Virus record (IMG/VR): IMGVR_UViG_3300024308_000188
Coordinates: 150,527 to 214,526 of that record
Strand: one strand, 5' to 3'
Length of the DNA stretch: 64,000 nucleotides
How positions within the stretch are numbered: the stretch's first letter is position 1; every line of letters begins with the position of its first letter. A model generated the notes under the pieces. The model ran no database searches, was not told the DNA's origin, and was given only the letters and a program-made list of their open reading frames with translations. Below are positions 54,520-63,900 of the stretch, in pieces. Position numbers and translations under genes: made by a program.

Positions 54520-55434
54520 TTATTCCTCTGGAACTACTTCTAACCCTGCTTCCAACAACACAACTATTCCTGTTGCTGGTATCGTATGATCAATTAAAAC
54601 AAAATTGTCATTTACTATAACAACTTGTTCTGCTCCAGCCAATTCCAATTTTATTCCATCAGGTGTAGTAATATGAACCCAATGTTGTACAATTAAGAAT
54701 TGAGTACCTAGATTGTGATTTATAATCCAAGTAGGCTCTGCTTCTGCTTGCTCATGTACATAAGTACGTGGAACAAGATTTGGATCTATTTGGCCACCAC
54801 CAGTTGTCTCTAAAGCTGTAATTCTTTGAGCTAACTGAGCGTTAGTTGTTTCTACTGCACCTATTCTATTGAACAACTGCATTAGAATAGTGTAAAAGCC
54901 TTGAGTCTGGCTATTAAGGCTATCTGTCATTTTTTGCAGAGGAATAAATTCTTCTGGTTGTAGTGGAACAGATCTCCAATTTGCTCTGGCTCTTAAAACG
55001 CCAAGCATTGTATCGCCATTTATATTAACTGCTCCAATTTGAGTTGGAGTAGCAGCATGAGCATTCCCTACAGAATATCTATGATTTTCTAGTGCAGGGC
55101 GAATAAAACCGTCAACAGCATCATACACAGGAAATGTATTTATTACGTTTGCGTATACCGTTGGATATTCGTAAGTATTTTGGTAAGGAAAGTTTGCAGT
55201 CTTTGAAGTTCTTCTCAGAATCTTCTGATAATCTGCACTGTTAGAATCTGAAACTATCCACATAAAATTTAGTGGAAGTTCTGGCCCAGTGGGTTCAACA
55301 GCACTGACATAAATCAAAGCTGTTTCGTTTTGTGTAGATCCTACAGCTAAAACTATTTTATTGGATGCCGTCAGTCCCAAAGCTACAGCTTTACTCAAAC
55401 ACTCACTAACTAGCCCTATTAATAGTGTGTCCAT
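54520..55434 (-). CDS. Probable virion protein with coiled coil and C-terminal HNLG module
   Basis: GDTMLG; YVHEQAEAEPTWIINHNLG. Confidence 0.75.
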   Translation of the reverse strand: MDTLLIGLVSECLSKAVALGLTASNKIVLAVGSTQNETALIYVSAVEPTGPELPLNFMWIVSDSNSADYQKILRRTSKTANFPYQNTYEYPTVYANVINTFPVYDAVDGFIRPALENHRYSVGNAHAATPTQIGAVNINGDTMLGVLRARANWRSVPLQPEEFIPLQKMTDSLNSQTQGFYTILMQLFNRIGAVETTNAQLAQRITALETTGGGQIDPNLVPRTYVHEQAEAEPTWIINHNLGTQFLIVQHWVHITTPDGIKLELAGAEQVVIVNDNFVLIDHTIPATGIVVLLEAGLEVVPEE

Positions 55435-55446
55435 TGATCTACCCTA

Positions 55447-55950
55447 TTACAAAGTTTCGTAAGCACCTGAACTGATAGATTCACGGCGATCATTAATAGC
55501 AGTAGCTAGTCGCACTAAATCTTCGTATGTATGATCTCGGAATATCCAAGTATCTGATTCCACAACTTTACACGGCAAACTTACCGTTTTATTTTTATCA
55601 TGAATACATAAATGTAGACCTAGTGCTGTGTTTAGTTGCAAAGTCATATCTGGAATATATACAAATTTTGCATCACCGTGCTCTATTTCTAAAGGACTTG
55701 TGATTGTTGTTTTTGTTATTTCTTTTTCTGTCTGCATTCTTTGGACAGTTGAAATGTTTGGCTGATTAATCTTTTCCAACTTACCAAGTGTAACTCTGAA
55801 TCCATTTGGGTTTTTTCTAAATTGCTCTACTTCAAGAGCTGTGACAAGAATATGATTTTTTCCAGCCAGTTCTTTTGTTGAATATTGACCGCGAATATTC
55901 GGGCCAGTTTCAACAGTTGGATCGTAACTAAGGTACTTAGATTGTTGCAT
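55447..55950 (-). CDS. Hypothetical protein (possible fibre assembly chaperone)
   Basis: ATG 55950; immediately downstream of collagen fibre gene; role is positional inference. Confidence 0.65.
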   Translation of the reverse strand: MQQSKYLSYDPTVETGPNIRGQYSTKELAGKNHILVTALEVEQFRKNPNGFRVTLGKLEKINQPNISTVQRMQTEKEITKTTITSPLEIEHGDAKFVYIPDMTLQLNTALGLHLCIHDKNKTVSLPCKVVESDTWIFRDHTYEDLVRLATAINDRRESISSGAYETL

Positions 55951-55952
55951 GA

Positions 55953-56726
55953 TTAATCGCCCATTACAAACCACCAGAACTGCCAAGGCTCAAGCTGTGC
56001 AGGTGGAGTTCCTTTAAGAGTTATTGTTACACCACCAATTTCTAAATCATCGTAGAAATATTCACCTATTTCATAATTCAGAGCTTGGTAGCTACTTGGA
56101 TTCTTAAAGAACAATACAATACTTACAACACCGTTTATTAAATTTCTCGGAAACAGTAAAGTTATTGTTCTGTCTTGCAGAGCATTTTCGAAGAAGCCAC
56201 TTTGAATTGTTCCACCGCTTCTTTGTAAATAAATAGATGCTCCACGACTTGTCTTTACATATTCTGGTTCAAGGCCGTCAATACCTGCATCACCTTTGTC
56301 ACCTTTGTCACCTTTGTCACCTTTGGGGCCGATTTCTCCTTGCGGCCCTCGTGGGCCTTCTGGCCCAATTGGGCCTCTTAAGCCACGATCACCTTTTACT
56401 CCAGGACAACCTTGTTCTCCAGGACGACCATCACGACCATTTCTTCCTGCTACTCCAGAAATACCTTGTTTACCTTCTGGCCCACGTTGTCCAGTTGGTA
56501 AACTTCTTATTGTTGGAAAGCCAGAAATTAAAACTATCGAATTATCAGCATTGACTATTGTGACTGTTCCACTATCCGCATCATACGTTCCTTGTATAAC
56601 AGCAGGTTGAACAGTTGCCGACGGATCTTGTGCGGCTAATATTCCCGGCTGAACAACCGTAACATTTTGTCCTGCTAAACTTGTTGATCCAGCGTTGATC
56701 ATTGCTAAAGGTAGTCTAGTTATCAT
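55953..56726 (-). CDS. Collagen-like fibre protein
   Basis: About 24 contiguous Gly-X-Y triplets (GQRGPEGKQG...GDKGDKGDKGDAGIDG) plus C-terminal beta domain. Confidence 0.9.
   Translation of the reverse strand: MITRLPLAMINAGSTSLAGQNVTVVQPGILAAQDPSATVQPAVIQGTYDADSGTVTIVNADNSIVLISGFPTIRSLPTGQRGPEGKQGISGVAGRNGRDGRPGEQGCPGVKGDRGLRGPIGPEGPRGPQGEIGPKGDKGDKGDKGDAGIDGLEPEYVKTSRGASIYLQRSGGTIQSGFFENALQDRTITLLFPRNLINGVVSIVLFFKNPSSYQALNYEIGEYFYDDLEIGGVTITLKGTPPAQLEPWQFWWFVMGD
56291..56325. repeat. 9-bp tandem repeat (CACCTTTGT)x~4 encoding GDK repeats
   Basis: Directly visible. Confidence 0.85.
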
Positions 56727-56944
56727 TCTGATACCACCTGTGTATATAACGGAAATTCAGTATCATCTGGTGCGTGTACAGTTGGATCATGATCTGGATT
56801 TTTAATCAGAGTATTTTCTGGAACCATTCTGATCCATTTATTTTCATGACGAACACGCCAGCCACCTAAATGAAAATTCTTTACGTGAAAAGGATCAAGG
56901 ACGTTTTTAACGTCCCTGACTCTCAAAACAACTGCCTTTGGCAT
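56723..56944 (-). CDS. Small hypothetical protein
   Basis: ATG 56944 after GGGAG; ATGA overlap with collagen gene. Confidence 0.7.
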   Translation of the reverse strand: MPKAVVLRVRDVKNVLDPFHVKNFHLGGWRVRHENKWIRMVPENTLIKNPDHDPTVHAPDDTEFPLYTQVVSE

Positions 56945-56962
56945 TTTAAGCTCCCAGTACAC

Positions 56963-56998
56963 AAACTTCTTCTGAATACAATGAAACAGAAGAAGTTT
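56963..56998 (-). terminator. 12-bp-stem hairpin after the large fibre gene
   Basis: AAACTTCTTCTG / CAGAAGAAGTTT. Confidence 0.6.
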
Positions 56999-57041
56999 TG
57001 TCTATAACTTTAAATTAGCAGGTTTTGCCATTTTAAAAACA

Positions 57042-60000
57042 CTACTGTTGTATTGTAGTATCTTTGTTGTGTACAAGAACTCCACCAGCAAAATAAGTAT
57101 CTAACGATTCAACATCAAGACGTACAGTTTTAATGTTTCCGTATATCAATTGATTCGACAGAACTTTTATTTGACGACCGTTTGAATCTAAAACAGTATC
57201 ACCTGCTTTAAGATAACGAGCGTAATCAAATACCCAATCATTTCTATCAGAAAACTTAACTAAGAATGGATGTTCCGCAGTGACCCTTATAGGATCTATT
57301 TTGCCTTCTATCCAAATCTTATGATGTAGATTAGTTTCGTGATAAGAAACTGATGTTACTATGGCAGTAGATTCTTTTATTTGCAGATCATAAGTTGACC
57401 AAGTTAAATAATCAACAGGATTTTCAGCATTTGCATCAGTTAATCCTTCTATGGAAAAAGTTTTAACTGTTTCTCCAATAACAATATCTTCGATTTCTTT
57501 TTCAAAACCGTCAGACATAGTTATCAAAGTTCCGTATGCAAAACAATCTGCACTTCCGCCACCTACACTTGTTCCACCAATTACAGGATCGCAAGGGAAT
57601 TGTATTGGAACGTAACCAACTGTATCTGCCGCCGGACTAACATAACTTGTTACTGTTTGTGTGCAAATCACATTATCATTTTGATCTAAAAGATCTATGC
57701 TGTATGGAAGTGCTGGAGCGCGAAACACTGGCGCACCGTTACTATTACAGTAATGCCAATCCATCATGTTGAAACCTATTATATCCGTCATTTGAGATAA
57801 ACGAATTAATAAGTACGCATCATTTGTGAATGGGCCATAGTAATCCTTGTGTGAACACTGTATTCCATCTTGATAGCCATTTATCGCCTGTTTTGGCTTA
57901 TAGCTATTTAGATATTGGACAGGTTGGCCTTCTGTATATCCATGCTCAAAAGTACAATTTACGTAATTGTCTTGTATGACATTACCGAAATCATAAATAG
58001 ATCTATCTGATTTTATAAAATCAATATAACCTATTGCAATTGCTCCTGCCCCAGGTGCTGGATCTAAATTTCTGAATTTTATTCCAGCAATTGTCACGGC
58101 TGGTGGAGGTGGTGCTTCTGCTGGAACAGGACAATCTAAATTGTAATTCCATGCAGTTCCGTTTGGCCCAGTCATTCGGATCATTATTGTTGAAGGTTTA
58201 TTTGGCGGCCCTTCATAGTAAAATGAAAGAGTACCAGAACCACTTACTTCTGTTGGCAAATCTTTATTACCATTAGGTAGATTGTAATAGCGACCAGATC
58301 CATCATACGGATTACTTAAATCTTTACTTGTGGCCGCAACACGTACACCATCATAAAAGATTTCCATCATATCTGGAACACCAAACATATCAAAACCAAC
58401 TGTCACTTGGCCTGATTCAGATCCCATATTGTGAACTGTTTCTGTAACACCAGTACCACCAGATCCTGTCGTAACACCGCAAGGTTGAGCGTCATCATCT
58501 TGAAGTGTGACACGACCAACATTTTTTACTATTTGACCTCGACTATTGTTAGAGATCATTATTTCAAAATATTCGTCGTTTTCAATTGTAGTGTCCCCAA
58601 CAATAGTAACTTCAATTATTTTGTGTTGTTCACCTACACCAAAAACTAAAGTTCCTCTACCACTTATATAATCAGGTTCACTATCAATAGCATCAACGTA
58701 AGATTCAGAGTCACCTGCGTCAATGGCTCCACTCAAGCCAGCCCACAATGGATGATTACCTAAAGTAGATTTTGCGTTTTCTACTGTAAGTACCATAGAG
58801 CTTCGATCAATATTTCCTTTTAAGCCTATTCCAAAAGCATCAATTAAAACTTCGTTCACACCTTTAAAGTAACCAAATCCATTTATATCTTCAACGCCAT
58901 GATCTGATATGAATGCTGCACCTATTCCACTTAAATGGCTATCAACTAAAGCATTGATAAACTCTGGTGTGTTAACTTGAGATCCTGATTCAAAACTTCC
59001 AACATAAATAATGCAATCGAATTGATCGAAATATGCTTTAGTGGCCGGAACCTGAGAAGTGTAACCAGTAACCAAAGTTCTTCCAGATGCAATTGCAGCC
59101 GCATTAAACATATTAAAGAAGTCTGCATCATGACTTCCAGCTACATTGTAAGGTGAATCCAATTTGTCACCTAACAACAAAACTTGACCGCCAGTTTTAG
59201 ATTTAGATAACCAGTTTATTATGTTTATTGTAAATAAGTAAGAAGTTTGGTATTTTGCTACAGTATCTTTTGCAGCAAAACTCATGTTATACCATTTTGG
59301 AAAACAGCCATCTATATAAGTTCTGACTTTACTGTCTAAACTTTCTATGACGGTTATAAATGGATTACCTAAATCATCTTTAGCAAGTGTTTTAACACTA
59401 AGATCGCCTTTTGCCGTACCGTCACGAGTTTGCCAATCGACTGTTAATGCTTCGGCTGTTGCAGGTTCAGATAATGAAACTGTAACTTGTATTACATGAT
59501 TAACGTCTTGCTCAAGTACAGTAATATCTTCAATGCTTATGTCTGGTTGGTTAGCCACAACAATACAAGGTAATTCAAATTCGATAATTGCTGTATCGCT
59601 ATCTTGTACACCAGCTGAAGCATAATCCATATCATATACTGTAACAGCTACATTGATAGGGAACATTATTCCATCGTCAGTTGGTTCCAACATTTTTACA
59701 AAGCGAATTTTTGCAATTCGCCCTTTAGCCTCGGTTCCAACTAATTCAACAGAACCATTTCCAATATCGCCGCCCCATTCGTAACGATAGTTTCGTAATT
59801 GCCAATCATCAGGCTTAACAAAACGAACTTCAATACTCGCTGTTTGTTCCCACAAAACTCCTGCTGGTACGCAAGCGCGACAATCAATTACAGGATCGAC
59901 TGGCGGTGGAGGTTCTGGCGGTGGAACATCCAATGTAGGTAATTTCTCCCACGCTGCATAAATTCTGCCATCACTTGAACGAATATGTTTTGTTCCGCGA

Positions 60001-60953
60001 TTTTGCCAAATAGGTTTCAACAACTCTATATAATGATCATAACCCGCATCATACAATAAACCGCGTTCACGCCAATTTATTTGAGTTGTATTCTGAATGT
60101 TTGAATCTGTGAAATAATAAGAAGTAGCCATTTCTGTGCTACCTTTAGGATCTTGTGATACTACCATTATTTCAGTATCATCAGGCCAAGCATAAGGTTT
60201 AGCATCACGCCAATTTCCACCAGCTTGTATGCCATTAGGAAGTGCAAACGTGTGTTGCTTCCAACTATTAAATTCAGTTGTTGCTTTGGTATCAGTTCTA
60301 AATTTTCTGCGAAGTATATACGCTATTAAACCATCACCTTTGTCGAATCTACGAATATGTCTGCCAGTTGGACTAGAAAACCGACCACGATACATCATTA
60401 CACCTGACGCACCTTCAATCGGTTTTAAATAACCACCGCCATTTATATCACTCGCATTCATTGCTGCCGGACAAAAGAAGTGAGCGCATATAGACCACTT
60501 AAGATCTGGATAGCGACCAGGAGGCTCTGTTGCGTGAACAAAGATAACGTATTCATAATCATCAGGCCAGTCAATATTTAATTGTACAACTCCAGGGCCT
60601 GAATAATAAACTTCCCAATTTTCTGAAGTAAAGTCCGATACGCCAACTGTAATCGGGCGCTCTAAAACTTTTAAAATTGGACAAGCATCACCTTTACGTG
60701 ATTCGCTTTTAATCTGCATTGTTTGACGATCAAGAACAATCCATGCGTCAACCGTTACAGCTAAAAATCCACGATCAATAGCTCGAAGAGAAGCCGCATG
60801 TGTATTTATATAAACAACACCTACTTCATCATCTGCGTTTCTTTCAATCGTGTAGATAATGTATTCATGGTCAAACTTCCACGAAATTCCAGGAACAGTT
60901 GTCGCATTAGATCCTAAATTTTCGTAAACAGTTGTGAATGGAGTTCCTGCCAT
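57042..60953 (-). CDS. Large modular fibre/adhesin-like protein (1303 aa): PKD-like region, split Calx-beta, beta-sandwich module, C-terminal Hint domain
   Basis: ISIEDITVLE..WQTRDGTAKG [insert] PDYISGRGTLVFGVGE..ENDEYF..VTLQDDD; Hint CFAYGT..TAEHPF..VLVHN. Confidence 0.85.
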   Translation of the reverse strand: MAGTPFTTVYENLGSNATTVPGISWKFDHEYIIYTIERNADDEVGVVYINTHAASLRAIDRGFLAVTVDAWIVLDRQTMQIKSESRKGDACPILKVLERPITVGVSDFTSENWEVYYSGPGVVQLNIDWPDDYEYVIFVHATEPPGRYPDLKWSICAHFFCPAAMNASDINGGGYLKPIEGASGVMMYRGRFSSPTGRHIRRFDKGDGLIAYILRRKFRTDTKATTEFNSWKQHTFALPNGIQAGGNWRDAKPYAWPDDTEIMVVSQDPKGSTEMATSYYFTDSNIQNTTQINWRERGLLYDAGYDHYIELLKPIWQNRGTKHIRSSDGRIYAAWEKLPTLDVPPPEPPPPVDPVIDCRACVPAGVLWEQTASIEVRFVKPDDWQLRNYRYEWGGDIGNGSVELVGTEAKGRIAKIRFVKMLEPTDDGIMFPINVAVTVYDMDYASAGVQDSDTAIIEFELPCIVVANQPDISIEDITVLEQDVNHVIQVTVSLSEPATAEALTVDWQTRDGTAKGDLSVKTLAKDDLGNPFITVIESLDSKVRTYIDGCFPKWYNMSFAAKDTVAKYQTSYLFTINIINWLSKSKTGGQVLLLGDKLDSPYNVAGSHDADFFNMFNAAAIASGRTLVTGYTSQVPATKAYFDQFDCIIYVGSFESGSQVNTPEFINALVDSHLSGIGAAFISDHGVEDINGFGYFKGVNEVLIDAFGIGLKGNIDRSSMVLTVENAKSTLGNHPLWAGLSGAIDAGDSESYVDAIDSEPDYISGRGTLVFGVGEQHKIIEVTIVGDTTIENDEYFEIMISNNSRGQIVKNVGRVTLQDDDAQPCGVTTGSGGTGVTETVHNMGSESGQVTVGFDMFGVPDMMEIFYDGVRVAATSKDLSNPYDGSGRYYNLPNGNKDLPTEVSGSGTLSFYYEGPPNKPSTIMIRMTGPNGTAWNYNLDCPVPAEAPPPPAVTIAGIKFRNLDPAPGAGAIAIGYIDFIKSDRSIYDFGNVIQDNYVNCTFEHGYTEGQPVQYLNSYKPKQAINGYQDGIQCSHKDYYGPFTNDAYLLIRLSQMTDIIGFNMMDWHYCNSNGAPVFRAPALPYSIDLLDQNDNVICTQTVTSYVSPAADTVGYVPIQFPCDPVIGGTSVGGGSADCFAYGTLITMSDGFEKEIEDIVIGETVKTFSIEGLTDANAENPVDYLTWSTYDLQIKESTAIVTSVSYHETNLHHKIWIEGKIDPIRVTAEHPFLVKFSDRNDWVFDYARYLKAGDTVLDSNGRQIKVLSNQLIYGNIKTVRLDVESLDTYFAGGVLVHNKDTTIQQ
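57066..57545 (-). other. C-terminal Hint (intein-like/BIL-type) domain, 160 aa
   Basis: Cys1, block B TAEHP, terminal HN followed by Lys and only 7 residues. Confidence 0.85.
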
Positions 60954-60975
60954 AAAATTCTTCTTCTTGGTGAAA

Positions 60976-60989
60976 GGGGCCGAAGCCCC
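60976..60989 (-). terminator. GGGGC-UUCG-GCCCC hairpin (copy 2)
   Basis: Identical to 39294-39307; followed by TTT on the minus strand. Confidence 0.6.
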
Positions 60990-60995
60990 ATTTGA

Positions 60996-63900
60996 TTACG
61001 GAATGTTTCCACCTGCAAAAATTGGATCACTAACAATATTGATTGTAACCAAGTTACTTTTCATTTCAACACCATTACTTGCTTTGATCCATAATATTGC
61101 CTCTACAACAAGCGAGTAACCTGATCCGCTATGTTCTTCGTTCGATTGATTCACAGCAAACGATGTTATTCTGTTCATTACATCGTAAGTAGTTGCTATC
61201 GACGGAACAGTAAGCTTTCTATTTCCATCATTAAATTTAACTGAGTATTCCCACTTATAAACATAAGTAAGTGCAGGATCATACGGATAATCACCAGCAG
61301 TATAGTATTTATTAAGTTGAGCTTGCGTACCCATACCACCATTTGCTTCAACAACAGCAATTTTTCCAGGCTGTTCTATGCCACCTGGATTTGTTTGGGT
61401 AGGAAAGCCGGAATAATCTATTGCAAACGCAACTGCACTTCCGTAAACTCTGACACCAGAGTTGTCCCAAGTATTTTTACTGTGTGAAGTAAAATAAGAT
61501 GGAGCAAAGTTCAAATCACCTACGGGTGTAGGTGAAGTGTTGGAGTTAGCAAAAGTTGCAATACCTTGAGCATCTACAATTGTACCGCTGTCAGTTCCAG
61601 TTAAGTTCAAATAGAAATTTTTTCCAATCGGACTTGCTTTTGGATCTAAAGTTGTTACCTTAACTTGAGCTGAAGTTGCCCCAGTTGGTATAGTAACTAT
61701 TTCAGATTTCGCAACGTAATCAGGATCAACTGTTGTCGGTGCTGGAATATAAAGAACATCCAATACAGTAAAATCTGAATCAGCTTTTGCTTCAGAAATA
61801 CCTGTCAACAATGGAGTATCAGGATATTGAGCAAGATGACGACCAAGCGTAACATCAGCATTAGTCGGATTTTTTGTCAGCTGCTCGTTCCAGTAAAACT
61901 TTACACCAACAAAACAATTCATTACATCACGAATTAAAATGTTTTGGGCAAGACGTTGGTTTGTCGCTCTAAAATAACAATGAAGCACTCGATTTTGTTT
62001 AACTTGATCTGCAATGGCAATACCAACAGGACTTTTATATCCTTGAAGTACCCGCGCCATATAATGCACACCAGCCGCACTGAATTGACCAACTTCACCC
62101 CAACGTCTACTATTCGCAATCGTAATAATATCATATGGTGTAAAATTTTGAGTTGTATAATCATCACGCACAACATGAACATTCATGCCATAAATGTTTA
62201 TCATGCTTTGAATAAAGTTGGAACATATTTCAGAAAAATCACCAGCAGGATCTGCACTATCCGTTAAGATAATCCAACTTTTGCCATTTAAGTTCCCTAA
62301 ACGATGTTTCCAAGCATTCACAACTAATTTTGCATCAGGCGAAAGATTAGCGAATGAACTTGTTTCCAAGTTTTGCCAGTAGTTGGTGTTTCTTCCCATT
62401 ATATGAGAAGGATCATTTGTAGCCGCAGCATTTTTATGTTCAGGGTTTGCCAAATTTCCCCAACCATTATCAAATACAACACTAGCATTCGGCCAATTCT
62501 GTACACCAAAACGCAATGTCTTGCTGTCGAAATTTGCGGTTTCTGTAGGTGAATCATTATCCTGAAAAATACCATAAATGTCCGGTAATCCAGCATAATC
62601 AGATCCTGCACCGCCAGAACTTTTCGCAGTTCCGTCTTGCGTTGAAACACTTACATGCACATCATTTGGAACCGGTAAACTTGATGTGACTGTGAATGTA
62701 GCAAAATCACTTTTCACACACTGAACATCATTAACAGTGATCTCAAATTCATCGTTACAAACTGGAATTGTTTTATCATCCAACTCAATATCAAGTAATT
62801 CTACTGGACATCCTACAAAGTAAGTCCAAGAACTTCCGATTGGCGCATCAATACGTACAGCAATGCGTTTACGAGTATCACCATGTTCAGCCGCTTTAAT
62901 AAAAAATTGAGTAAATGTAGTTCTCTTACCTTCAGTGTACGCAACAAGTTTTCCGTCAATATCAAAAACAGTTACAGTATAAGTAAAATCTCCGTAACCT
63001 GTTGCTTTAATACTGACTACTCCGTTTTCAACACCATTATCCATGTCATAGTTATCTTCGGTGCTACCGTGACCCATGCTACTTAAACCAGCAACAGGAG
63101 TTTCACAGTCCCAAGGATTTTCTCTGTATCCAGGAGTGTTTTGACAGAATAATGTGTAGTACCAACTCATAATATCTTCGCCGTATTGACGAACATCAGC
63201 ACTCACACGAATCATTAAATCTGGAACGGGAATACTAAAACGATTTGGTTCCCATAAAAATTGAATCATTCCCAACAAACTTTTTGGATCCATTGTGCTA
63301 CCGATACGCAAGCCTCCGTGATAAACTTCAAATTTATCAAGGTTCATCCAACTTGTGTAATCAATAACCATTAAGGCAAGTTCGTTTGGATCTGCATTTT
63401 CACCTACATAGTGGTGAAATTCGTAAAACCATTTGCCATCATTTGTTTTGTAGTCACGAGGAAAAACTGTTGCGTGGCACGGTGCAGGAAATAAAGGAGT
63501 TCCACTATATTCATCAGTTCTTATTAAAACCTGATGCAGTGGATCTTCTAAATCTAAATCATAAACACTGAGCATTTGTTTTGGCCCAGTTACCATGTAT
63601 GTCCAACGTGTACTTTCTTGACCACGAACACGAATCATTACACGACTTTCACCTTCGCCAGCAAGTGCATCAAAAAAGAATTCAATTTTGTAACGATCTT
63701 TAATGCGACCACACGTTGTTGCAATACGTTGACCTAAATAATAAACGTCAACACTAATACCTACATCGTCGTATGAAGCAAATATTACTTCGTACCATCC
63801 AGCAACTTGACCAAGATCATAAATTGTTTCAGTGATTTGAGCGCCACCACTAAAAGTAGTTGCCCACAAATAGTTTGGGTTCGCATAATTGCCACGACCT

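Noticed and set aside
57066-57545. Second canonical intein
   Set aside because: +1 residue is Lys, not Cys/Ser/Thr, the C-extein is only 7 aa and there is no endonuclease; treated as a BIL-type Hint domain.
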